Shown here: one piece after another, positions 45,234 to 53,281 of the stretch
Layout of the letters: every line of letters starts with the position of its first letter
Numbering within the stretch: position 1 is the first letter of the stretch
DNA from: an uncultured Clostridia bacterium
GTDB taxonomy: Bacteria > Bacillota > Clostridia > RGIG6154
Reading direction: 5' to 3'
Length of the DNA stretch: 61,794 nt
Assembly (NCBI GenBank): GCA_934446135.1
Contig: CAKSDT010000001.1
Location: 1 to 61,794 of the forward strand
Notes under the pieces: generated by a model
The model's database searches: none
What the model was told of the DNA's origin: nothing
Seen by the model: only the letters and a program-made list of their open reading frames with translations
Position numbers and translations under genes: made by a program

Positions 45234-46727
45234 ATGAAAAGGTTAGAGATTGAGATAAAAAAAGATGTGTTCAACCCGGCATATTTGCCCTATTTATTTG
45301 ATTATGACACCAAAAGGCTTATATTTTACGGCGGAGCAGGTTCGGGGAAAAGTTATTTTATTGCCGAGAGGTTTATATTAAAACTTTTAAACATTTCAGG
45401 CTGCAACATTTTGGTTGTAAGGCAGGTGGGGGACACTAACAGGAATTCGACTTTTGCACTTTTCAGGCAGGTTATTGACCGTTGGGGGCTTGGGAGATAT
45501 TTCAGGTTTAACACAAGCAATTTATCTGTAAAGTGCATATTAAACGGGAACACGGTTATATTTAAAGGGCTTGACAACATTGAGAAGTTAAAATCCATTA
45601 CATTTGAGACAGGGGAACTTACAGATGTTTGGATTGAGGAGGCTTCGGAGACTGAGGAAGTGAGTCTGAACCAGTTAATTACAAGATTAAGAGGCGGGAA
45701 AAGCAAGAAGCAGATAGTTATAAGTTTCAACCCTGTTTCTGTAAATCATTGGCTTAAGAGAAGATTTTTTGATATAAAGCAGACGGCGAAGAAAGTTAAA
45801 ATTTTACACACAACATACAAGGACAATTTATTTATAGATTCGGACTACAAAGAGGAACTTGAGAGTTTTAAGGTTACAGACCCTTATTATTATCAGGTTT
45901 ACTGTTTGGGAGAGTGGGGTGTTTTAGGAAAGAGTATATTTCCGAAAGACAATGTTCAAAAAAGAATCAATCTTAGGATTATGCCGGTTATTTTGGGATA
46001 TTTTGAGTATGAATATGACGGGCTGTTACTCAAAAACATCAGGTTTAAGGAGTCGGAGGACGGATTTATTAAAATATACCGTTTGCCCCAAAAAGGAAAG
46101 GACTATGTTTTGGGAGGAGATACGGCAGGCGAGGGGTCTGACAGGTTTACCGGGCAGGTACTTGACAGGTTCGGAAATCAAGAGGCGGTTCTTTTAAAAG
46201 AATTTGATGAGGGGGAATATGCAAGGCAGGTTTACTGTTTGGGAAAATATTACAACGACGCACTTTGTGCCATAGAAACAAACTTTTCGACATTTCCGGT
46301 AAGGGAGTTAGAGAGGCTTTTATATCCCAACTTATTTGTGAGGATAAGAGAGGACACATACACGAAAAAGCCTGTTAAAAGTTTTGGATTTCAGACAAAT
46401 TCTGTTACGAGGCCGATTATTATTTCAAAGTTAGTTGAGAAGATGACATTTAATTCAGAGACGGTATCTGACCTTGACACGCTTTATGAGATGCAGACAT
46501 TTGTAAGAAACGAAAAAGGAAGGCCGGAGGCCGAGCAAGGTTCGCACGACGACCTTATTATGGGGCTTGCCATTGCAGAATATGCAAGGGAGCAGTTGCC
46601 CGTTTTGATTCCGAAAGAGGAGATAAAAAAAGTTAAATGGACCGAAGACATGTATGAAGATTACTACGGAGCCCAAAGTGAGGAAGAGAGAAAAGAGATC
46701 ATAAGGCGGTATGGGAATCCGTTTTAG
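45234..46727 (+). CDS. terL: Terminase large subunit
   Basis: The start is taken at MKRLEIEIKK (M15 of the ORF-track entry). It has Walker A FYGGAGSGKS, Walker B-like DVWIEEASE, and a C-terminal nuclease-like HDDLIMGLAIA. Confidence 0.85.
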   Translation: MKRLEIEIKKDVFNPAYLPYLFDYDTKRLIFYGGAGSGKSYFIAERFILKLLNISGCNILVVRQVGDTNRNSTFALFRQVIDRWGLGRYFRFNTSNLSVKCILNGNTVIFKGLDNIEKLKSITFETGELTDVWIEEASETEEVSLNQLITRLRGGKSKKQIVISFNPVSVNHWLKRRFFDIKQTAKKVKILHTTYKDNLFIDSDYKEELESFKVTDPYYYQVYCLGEWGVLGKSIFPKDNVQKRINLRIMPVILGYFEYEYDGLLLKNIRFKESEDGFIKIYRLPQKGKDYVLGGDTAGEGSDRFTGQVLDRFGNQEAVLLKEFDEGEYARQVYCLGKYYNDALCAIETNFSTFPVRELERLLYPNLFVRIREDTYTKKPVKSFGFQTNSVTRPIIISKLVEKMTFNSETVSDLDTLYEMQTFVRNEKGRPEAEQGSHDDLIMGLAIAEYAREQLPVLIPKEEIKKVKWTEDMYEDYYGAQSEEERKEIIRRYGNPF

Positions 46728-46809
46728 AGGTTATCGGGTGGTTCGGAAAGTTTTGAGGATTTGGAAGATTTGAGGATTGGGAAGTTTTTTAGGAGAAAGG
46801 AAAATTAAG
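46728..46809 (+). repeat. Short C-poor GA/T repeat spacer between terL and portal
   Basis: GAGGATTTGGAAGATTTGAGGATTGGGAAG-type repeats run up to the RBS AGGAGAAAGGAAA. Confidence 0.6.
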
Positions 46810-48792
46810 ATGGCGGGAGTTATGATTTATTCCGGGCTTAAAGAGCCGGAGGAAAAGCAGAGGCTTTCTGCATGGAGGGAGCGGTATGAAGCGGCAAAGA
46901 GCCGATACAGTGACGAATTAGCGAGGATAAGGGAATATACTGAGTATCTTCAGGGGACAAAGAAGATGATTAAGTACGGCAGAGAGGGGAAAAAGCCCAA
47001 AGACGCCTTACTTTCGAGAAACATTTGTTATGAACTTATCGAAGCACAGATAGACAACAACATTCCCATGCCGAAAGTTACGGCGACCAGGGAAGAAGAG
47101 GTAGGTCTTGCGGTTAAGATTGAGAACAAGATGAGAAACGAGATTGAGAGGCTGCCGTTTCTTACCATGCTTGACCTGCAGGAGAGGGAAACGCCGACTG
47201 ACGGAGGTTCGTTTTTCCTTATTGAGTGGGACAACACGCAAAAGACGCACAACACTGTAGGAAATTTATCTGTGAGGGTTTTATCTGCGTCCCAGGTTAT
47301 TCCGCAGCCCGGAGTATATGAGATTAAAGATATGGACTACATATTTGTAAGGCTTTCGCAGACAAAGAAGTTTATTAAAGACAACTACGGGGTTTCGGTA
47401 TGCGGGGAAGGCGAGGAAGAGACGGAGTACAAGTCGCTTTCGCCCGACGAAAACAGCGAACTTATAACCCAGGTTATATGTTATTACAAAAATTCGAAAA
47501 GCGGGATAGGAAAATTTTCTTTTGCAGGGGACACTGTTTTAGAGGACATTGAGGACTATCAGGCAAGGATTTTAAAGCGGTGTGTGAAATGCGGAAAAAT
47601 TGTTACTGCCGACGAGTGCGAATGCGGAAGCAGGAGTTTTGAGTTTAAAGAAGAAGAGTTTGAGAAATTGGAGTATGACATTACAGAAACCGTAACAGAT
47701 GAAACGGGGCGTGAAGAAACAGTTATAAAAATTCCCAAAGGAACAAAGATACCTTACTTTAAGCCTGACATTTATCCTGTTATATTAAGGCGGAATGTTT
47801 CAAAATTCGGTTCGTTTTTAGGGTCTTCGGACATTGAACTTATAAAGTATCAGCAGGACATCATTAACAAATGCGAAACAGACTGTCTTGAAAAGATGCT
47901 TAAGGGCGGTTCTATAGTAACGCTTCCCAACGGGCTTAAGGTTCAAAACAGCGATGAAAACTTCAAGATAGTTAAAATTGACAATGCTTCGCAGATTGAT
48001 ATGATCAAAGCCATTAACATTCAGCCTGACACGGGAAGGACCGAAAACTATGCCGAGATGCAATATCAGAGGGCAAGGCAGATTTTAGGAATTACCGATT
48101 CATTTCAGGGAAGAAAAGATTCGTCTGCAAATTCGGGTACTGCAAAACAAGCGGCAATTCAGCAAACAGCAGGAAGGCTTGAGTCCAAAAGGATTATGAA
48201 AAATTCCTGTTTTTCGGAATTATACAAAGCAATGACAATGTTTCTTATAGCATTTGCTGACGAGCCCAGAACTTTGGTTGTTGAAACAAAGAACGGGGAT
48301 TCGGTTTATGACACCTTTTCAAAGTATGATTTTCTGAAAAAGGACATTGAGGGAAGTTATTACTATTCGTTTGATTATTTATTTTCAACCGACAACACCG
48401 GAACTCTTGCTTCAAACCGTGAGGCTTTATGGCAGGAACACGCACAGAATCTGGCAAGAGGTGCTTTCGGAGTGCCGAACGAAACAGACACTCTTATTGT
48501 GTTCTGGCAAAGTATGTTATCTGCACATTATCCGAATGCAGGGCGGATACTTGCTTCTTTAAAAGACAGGATGACTCTTGAAAAGCAGTACAATATGCTT
48601 CTTCAGGAAAACGAGCAGTTAAAAGGGGAAAACGCCCGGCTGGGTGAAGGAATAGACCAATTAGGGCAAAGAAACACGGAGTTATACGACGAGGCCGAGA
48701 ACTACCGGAGAAGTTTTGAGGACATATCGGGGTACGGCAATGAAGGCGGGGCAGGCGAAAACGCTTACGGCAATGTGCCGGGAGCGGATTAA
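46810..48792 (+). CDS. Putative portal protein (with embedded Cys4 zinc-ribbon)
   Basis: 660-aa ORF immediately after terL, assigned by size and position. It has an internal CVKCGK...CECGS motif and a C-terminal coiled/charged tail. Confidence 0.6.
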   Translation: MAGVMIYSGLKEPEEKQRLSAWRERYEAAKSRYSDELARIREYTEYLQGTKKMIKYGREGKKPKDALLSRNICYELIEAQIDNNIPMPKVTATREEEVGLAVKIENKMRNEIERLPFLTMLDLQERETPTDGGSFFLIEWDNTQKTHNTVGNLSVRVLSASQVIPQPGVYEIKDMDYIFVRLSQTKKFIKDNYGVSVCGEGEEETEYKSLSPDENSELITQVICYYKNSKSGIGKFSFAGDTVLEDIEDYQARILKRCVKCGKIVTADECECGSRSFEFKEEEFEKLEYDITETVTDETGREETVIKIPKGTKIPYFKPDIYPVILRRNVSKFGSFLGSSDIELIKYQQDIINKCETDCLEKMLKGGSIVTLPNGLKVQNSDENFKIVKIDNASQIDMIKAINIQPDTGRTENYAEMQYQRARQILGITDSFQGRKDSSANSGTAKQAAIQQTAGRLESKRIMKNSCFSELYKAMTMFLIAFADEPRTLVVETKNGDSVYDTFSKYDFLKKDIEGSYYYSFDYLFSTDNTGTLASNREALWQEHAQNLARGAFGVPNETDTLIVFWQSMLSAHYPNAGRILASLKDRMTLEKQYNMLLQENEQLKGENARLGEGIDQLGQRNTELYDEAENYRRSFEDISGYGNEGGAGENAYGNVPGAD

Positions 48793-48843
48793 AGCACAAG
48801 CATATAAAACATTTTGATTTATTTACGGGAGGGGGGTGAGAAT

Positions 48844-48975
48844 ATGAACAAAGGTTATCAGGGTCAGATTAAAGGCGGTCCTTGTTTTAGTGTAAATGCA
48901 CCTATTAAAAGAGGGGGCGGAAAAGAACCCAAAGTTATAACGGGCGGGGACTTAAGAGTCGGCAAGAAGAAGTAA
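48844..48975 (+). CDS. Small basic Gly/Lys-rich protein (43 aa)
   Basis: Below the ORF-track cutoff; translates to MNKGYQGQIKGGPCFSVNAPIKRGGGKEPKVITGGDLRVGKKK, with a strong RBS GGGAGGGGGGTGA. Confidence 0.35.
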   Translation: MNKGYQGQIKGGPCFSVNAPIKRGGGKEPKVITGGDLRVGKKK

Positions 48976-49055
48976 GAAAAAAAGGCTGCGGAAAATGCCG
49001 GCAAGAATGAAAAAAACGGAACAGGGCAAAGGTTGTTCCGGCAAATCGCAAGGAA

Positions 49056-49340
49056 ATTTCGGCGGATTGTGTGGGGGTTTCGGCGGATTGCGTTGGGAAT
49101 TCCGGCGGATTGCGTGGGGGGTTCAGCGGATTGCGTTGGGATTTCAGCGGATTGTGTTGGGATTTCGGCGGATTGCGTGGGGATTCCGGGCGTATTGCGT
49201 GGGGAGTTTCGGGCGTATTGCGTGGGGGTCGGCAAATTGTATGGGAATTTTGGAAAATCGCATGGGAAAAGCGTAAAAATACCGTTCGCAGGGTGAAAGC
49301 GTAAAAATACTATTCGCAGGCAATGCGTAAAAATGCAGAA
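49056..49340 (+). repeat. Nine tandem ~21-bp repeats (C[GA]GCGGATTG[CT]GT[TG]GGG...) followed by three ~27-bp GCGTAAAAAT repeats
   Basis: The repeat core starts at 49060, 49081, 49103, 49124, 49145, 49166, 49187, 49210 and 49230. GCGTAAAAAT units occur at 49271, 49299 and 49325. Confidence 0.85.
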
Positions 49341-49353
49341 AGGTTGGAAGAAT

Positions 49354-50205
49354 ATGGATGAAAATTTGACAGAAAATTTGACAGAAAATGTTAATGAAGG
49401 TATTGATGAAGAATTAAAGGAAAGTTTAAATGAAAATTCAGGTGAGGCTGAGGACATTTCGGGTTTTGGGAATGAGAGCCGGGATGATTCTGAAACTGCC
49501 GGACAAGATGAAGATGATGTTAAGAGAAATCAGAATGCACAGAGCCATGAGGAAAATTCGCGGTTTGCAGAGATGAGGAGAAGGAGTCAGTACAGAGAAC
49601 TGTCCGACAGAGTTGAGCGGTTTGCCAAGCAGAGCGGATACGGCTCATTCGGGGAAATGGAGTCTGCCCAAAAGCAGAAAGAGATTGACGATTTCACCTC
49701 GGATTTTGAGAAAAAGACCGGTCTTAATTATGAAGATATAAAAAAAGCGGTTTTACATATCGAAAAAAACAGTCCGGCAATGGAAGTGCTTTCAAGGCTT
49801 GCACATGACGCTGAGAAAAATGCAGCTGAGAGTGCTTTCAGCAAGGGAATGGAAAAGATATCCGAGTTATACGGGGAAAAAATAACTTCGTTCGGCGAGT
49901 TGGAGAAACTTCCCAGGTTTGAGGAGTTTGACCGCATAGCAAGGACCGGTATGCCTATTGAGGACGCCTTTAAGTTATCTCATTTTGACTATCTGATTGA
50001 AAGAGCGGGTCAAAAAGGAAAAACATCGGCTATAAAGCAATTCGGTTCTAAGAATCATTTATCGCCTGCTAAGGGAAGTTCTGAAGACGGGGTATCTGTT
50101 CCGCCGGAAATTATGGAAGAATACAAGATTTTCAATCCTAAGGCTTCCGACAAAGAAATAGCGGAGCATTACAAAAGGCACTTAAAAGAAATAAGCGGCA
50201 GGTAA
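49354..50205 (+). CDS. Putative scaffolding protein
   Basis: The start is taken at MDENLTENLTEN. The protein is acidic and predicted helical, and lies between the portal and capsid genes. Confidence 0.5.
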   Translation: MDENLTENLTENVNEGIDEELKESLNENSGEAEDISGFGNESRDDSETAGQDEDDVKRNQNAQSHEENSRFAEMRRRSQYRELSDRVERFAKQSGYGSFGEMESAQKQKEIDDFTSDFEKKTGLNYEDIKKAVLHIEKNSPAMEVLSRLAHDAEKNAAESAFSKGMEKISELYGEKITSFGELEKLPRFEEFDRIARTGMPIEDAFKLSHFDYLIERAGQKGKTSAIKQFGSKNHLSPAKGSSEDGVSVPPEIMEEYKIFNPKASDKEIAEHYKRHLKEISGR

Positions 50206-50276
50206 TGCTAAAAAAGTGCGGGGGGAACGGATTAAAAAAGTCTGTTCTCCCGAAAATTGAAAAAAGGAGAGTAATT

Positions 50277-50636
50277 ATGGCTAAAATCAAATATTGCGGA
50301 AACATGGGAACGCCGCCGGCAGTTACTATTGCAAAAAAAAGCGGTGTTACATACAAAGCCGGTGCATTTTTAGCATCGGACGGGGGGATTGCGACAGCAG
50401 TTCCGTCACTTATTGCGGTCGGAGTTACTGACAGTGAAGTTATTTGCAACAGAGTAAGAAAAGACGACATTTTTGAAACAACTTTATCTGCTGCAGGGAC
50501 TGACCTTGATGTAGGTGACAAAGTGACTCTTTCGGCTGACGGAACAAAGGTTACTGCCACCACTACGGCAGGTTATGCCGAAATTATCAAACTTTTCGGC
50601 ACTGCAGAGGGTTCTAAAGTGCTTATAAAGTTTTAG
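50277..50636 (+). CDS. Putative head decoration protein (DUF2190-like)
   Basis: The start is MAKIKYCGNMGTPPAV after AAAAGGAGAG. It is ~120 aa, Gly/Ala/Val/Thr-rich, and lies directly upstream of the capsid gene. Confidence 0.45.
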   Translation: MAKIKYCGNMGTPPAVTIAKKSGVTYKAGAFLASDGGIATAVPSLIAVGVTDSEVICNRVRKDDIFETTLSAAGTDLDVGDKVTLSADGTKVTATTTAGYAEIIKLFGTAEGSKVLIKF

Positions 50637-51094
50637 AAAGTATTAATTAAGTTTTGAAAGGCACTTATTAAGTTTAGAAAGGCACTTATTAAGTTTAGAA
50701 AAGTATTTACAAAGTCTTAAAGAGTGTTTAGGGAGTTTGGAAAAGCAATTGTAAAGTTTGGAAAAGCGGTTGTAAAGTCTTAAAAAGTGTTTATAAAGTT
50801 TTACAAAGCGTTTACAAGGTCTTAAAAAGTGTTTAGGGAGTTTGGGAAAGCAATTGTAAAGTCTTAAAAAGTGTTTATAAAGTTTTACAAAGCGTTTACA
50901 AGGTCTTAAAAAGTGTTTAGGGAGTTTGGAAGAGCGGTTGTAAAGTCTTAAAAAGTGTTTATAAAGTTTTACAAAGTATTTACAAAGTCTTGAAAAGCGG
51001 TTAGAGGGGTTTTGAAAAGTGCTGATAAAGTTTTAAGAGGTGCTTTTTAAAGTCTTAAAGAGTACTTATTAAGTTTTGGAAAGGAGAAAAGATT
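50637..51094 (+). repeat. ~450-bp array of helically phased A/T-tract decamers with exact 42/84-bp higher-order repeats
   Basis: GTCTTAAAAAGTGTTTA occurs at 50777, 50819, 50861, 50903 and 50945 (exact 42-bp spacing; a variant occurs at 50987). The sub-units are GTCTTAAAAA / GTGTTTATAAA / GTTTTACAAA / GCGTTTACAAG, i.e. 10+11+10+11 bp. Confidence 0.9.
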
Positions 51095-52105
51095 ATGATA
51101 TTTTCAGTAGGTTCGGGGGTTAATGATTCGGTATTCGGCAAGAGTCAGGAGCCTATAAGAATGATGATGGAAAAGGACATTGAGGGTTTTGAACAAAACT
51201 CGGTTGTAGGAACGGTATTTAAAAAAGTCAATTCAAAATCGTTTGCCGAGAAATTTACATCTATGACGGCACTGGGAAATTTTGAAGATGTAGGAGAAGG
51301 CGGTGCATATCCCGTAAGCGAGAAGCAGGAAGGATATGACAAAGTTATTTCTGCAAGAGAGTGGAAGCAGTCTTTTGTTATTACTCAGACTATGGTAGAG
51401 GACAACAAGATACTGGATTTACAGGGCGGTGCTTTGGGATTTACCCAGGCATACGGCAGAGGAAAAGAGGAATTCTGCTGCGGACTTTTAGCAGGTGCCA
51501 CAAGCACGCAGGCAAACATTTTCGGCAGGAATTATGACGCCACATCGGCAGACAATGTTCCGCTTTTTTATGCTTCGCATCCGTCTGTTACGGGTGAATG
51601 CGATGTTCAGAGCAACATTTTTTCGGATTCCTGTTCTTCGATTTCGGCGGCAAAGTCTGCTATAGGAAAAGTTGCGGTTAAGATGAGCAACTTTAAAGAT
51701 GACAACGGCCATTTATTAAGCGTTAATCCCGACACTATCATTATTCCCAACGATTACACGGTTATTGACGCTGTATTCGGGGCTATAGGTGCTGAAAAAG
51801 ATCCGGCTTTAGCGGGCGGAAACGGTTTTAACTACAATTTCGGAAAATGGAATGTAATTGTATCGGGTTATCTTAATTCTATGGTTACATCAGCCAACAC
51901 TGCACCTTTTATTTTATTTGATTCAAAATACAACGAAAGAGTCGGCGGTGCTATATTCTTAGACAGGGTTCCGCTTACCGTTAAATCATACATTGACGAA
52001 AACACTGACAACAATGTATGGAAAGGAAGAACAAGATATTCTGCAGGCTTTAACAACTGGAGAGCCTTTGCCTTAGGCGGAATATCTACGGCGTCGGTGG
52101 CCTGA
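51095..52105 (+). CDS. Putative major capsid protein
   Basis: 336-aa ORF with RBS GGAAAGGAGAAAAG. It follows the scaffold and decoration genes and is followed by a terminator hairpin. Confidence 0.6.
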   Translation: MIFSVGSGVNDSVFGKSQEPIRMMMEKDIEGFEQNSVVGTVFKKVNSKSFAEKFTSMTALGNFEDVGEGGAYPVSEKQEGYDKVISAREWKQSFVITQTMVEDNKILDLQGGALGFTQAYGRGKEEFCCGLLAGATSTQANIFGRNYDATSADNVPLFYASHPSVTGECDVQSNIFSDSCSSISAAKSAIGKVAVKMSNFKDDNGHLLSVNPDTIIIPNDYTVIDAVFGAIGAEKDPALAGGNGFNYNFGKWNVIVSGYLNSMVTSANTAPFILFDSKYNERVGGAIFLDRVPLTVKSYIDENTDNNVWKGRTRYSAGFNNWRAFALGGISTASVA

Positions 52106-52141
52106 ACAAACAGGGGTGGTTTGATACGCCTTATGAAAGCC

Positions 52142-52170
52142 AAAAAGCAGGGCGTTAGCCTTGCTTTTTA
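52142..52170 (+). terminator. Intrinsic terminator after the capsid gene
   Basis: Stem AAAGCAGGGC / GCCTTGCTTT (one G-U pair), loop GTTA, then TTTTT. Confidence 0.6.
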
Positions 52171-52651
52171 TGATATTGGGAGAAAAGTTAGAAGTTGCGG
52201 AGTGAGAAGTTTTGAGTTTGGAGTGTGGAGTTTGGGAGTTAGGAGTTTGGAGTTGCGGGGTTTGGGAGTGCGGAGTTTGGGAGTGTGGAGTTAGGGAGAG
52301 TGGAGTTTGGGAGTGAGCGAGAGTGTATGAGTATGAAGTTGTATGAGAGAGTGTGAGGCTGTGTGCGAAAGTCGGACGGGCGGAAACGGACGGAGGCGAG
52401 TGGTTGTGCGAGTGTGAGGTTGAGCAAGTGAGGAAGTTGTGCTGAATTTGAGGCTGTGCGAGCAGGAAGCGAACGGGAGCGGAAGTCGAGCGAGAGGACT
52501 GTGCGGGCAGGAAGCGAGGGCGGCAAGTGAGTGGAAGTGAGGTTGCGGAGTTGTGGAGTGTGGGAGAGTGGAAGTGAGTGCGGAATGTGAGCGAGTACGG
52601 AAGTGTGGAGTTTGGAGTTGGGTGAGTTAAGAGAAAGGAGGAAAAAAAGGA
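52171..52651 (+). repeat. ~480-bp C-depleted G/T/A degenerate repeat array rich in GGAG words
   Basis: 15-bp units occur (GGAGTTTGGGAGTGC, GGAGTTTGGGAGTGT, GGAGTTAGGGAGAGT), followed by GTGAG/GGAAG-type repeats. My hand count is about 32 C in 52201-52620. All + frames are closed, and the array ends at the RBS AAAGGAGG. Confidence 0.85.
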
Positions 52652-53281
52652 TTGAGGACATTTTTGAGTTTGGAAAATGAGGTATTGGGGCTTATGTTTT
52701 CTAATTCTGCCGGAGGGCAGAAAGTGACTGTTGACGACGCGTCGGTTAAAGAGTATGTGATTAACATGCGTGACTGTTACAATGCGGGGGTAAGGGACAT
52801 TTCGTTTTTTTATCCTCAAAAGAGGGAATATTCATTTATTGCCCAAAAAGGCGTTGAAACTTTGGACCTTAGGAAAGAAGATTCGGATTTTATGAATTTA
52901 AGCGGCGTTAAAGTGTATGAGGAGGCAGAAAGCGGATTTAGAAACTTTTACAATTTCAGTGTGATAGGGGAAAGCGTTATTATAATTTCGGCAAGTGAAG
53001 GTTTAAGATACACTGTTATTTACAATGCTTATCCCAAGGTTATGAGTGAAACGGACCCGGACAGCACTGTGCTTTCGCCCTGTGACGCGGTATTGGACGC
53101 GGTATGTTACTACATGGCGTCGAGGCTTTATGCAGAGGACGACATTACGCTTAGCACGCAGTATATGAACATTTACGAGGAGAGAAAAGCAAGGCTTTAC
53201 GAGAGGTATCAGATTATGGAGGCAGAAAGTCAGAGTTATTCAGGGTTTGACGGCTTTTATTCCGAAAGGGGTTGGTTTTAA
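52652..53281 (+). CDS. Hypothetical structural protein (possible head-tail adaptor)
   Basis: 209-aa ORF with a TTG start 10 nt after AAGGAGG; assigned by position after the capsid gene. Confidence 0.35.
   Translation: MRTFLSLENEVLGLMFSNSAGGQKVTVDDASVKEYVINMRDCYNAGVRDISFFYPQKREYSFIAQKGVETLDLRKEDSDFMNLSGVKVYEEAESGFRNFYNFSVIGESVIIISASEGLRYTVIYNAYPKVMSETDPDSTVLSPCDAVLDAVCYYMASRLYAEDDITLSTQYMNIYEERKARLYERYQIMEAESQSYSGFDGFYSERGWF

Noticed and set aside
48864-49457. 197-aa minus-strand ORF and three overlapping plus-strand ORFs (48995..49304) with repetitive peptides such as PTQSAEIPTQSAE.
   Set aside because: They are translations of the 21-bp tandem repeats. They have no RBS, are open in several frames simultaneously, and have low-complexity periodic sequence. 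I treat the region as non-coding repeat DNA.
49056-51094. Possible CRISPR arrays, given the regular direct repeats.
   Set aside because: The repeats are contiguous, with no unique spacers between them. The units are 21 bp or 42/84 bp with gradual decay, and there are no cas genes or leader in the window.
52073-52819. 248-aa and 140-aa minus-strand ORFs (TPHSQTPHSQTPQLQTPNSQ...) across the post-capsid array.
   Set aside because: They are open only because the plus strand is C-depleted, so stop codons are rare on the complement. They are antisense to the late operon, have no RBS, and overlap the start of the real gene at 52652.
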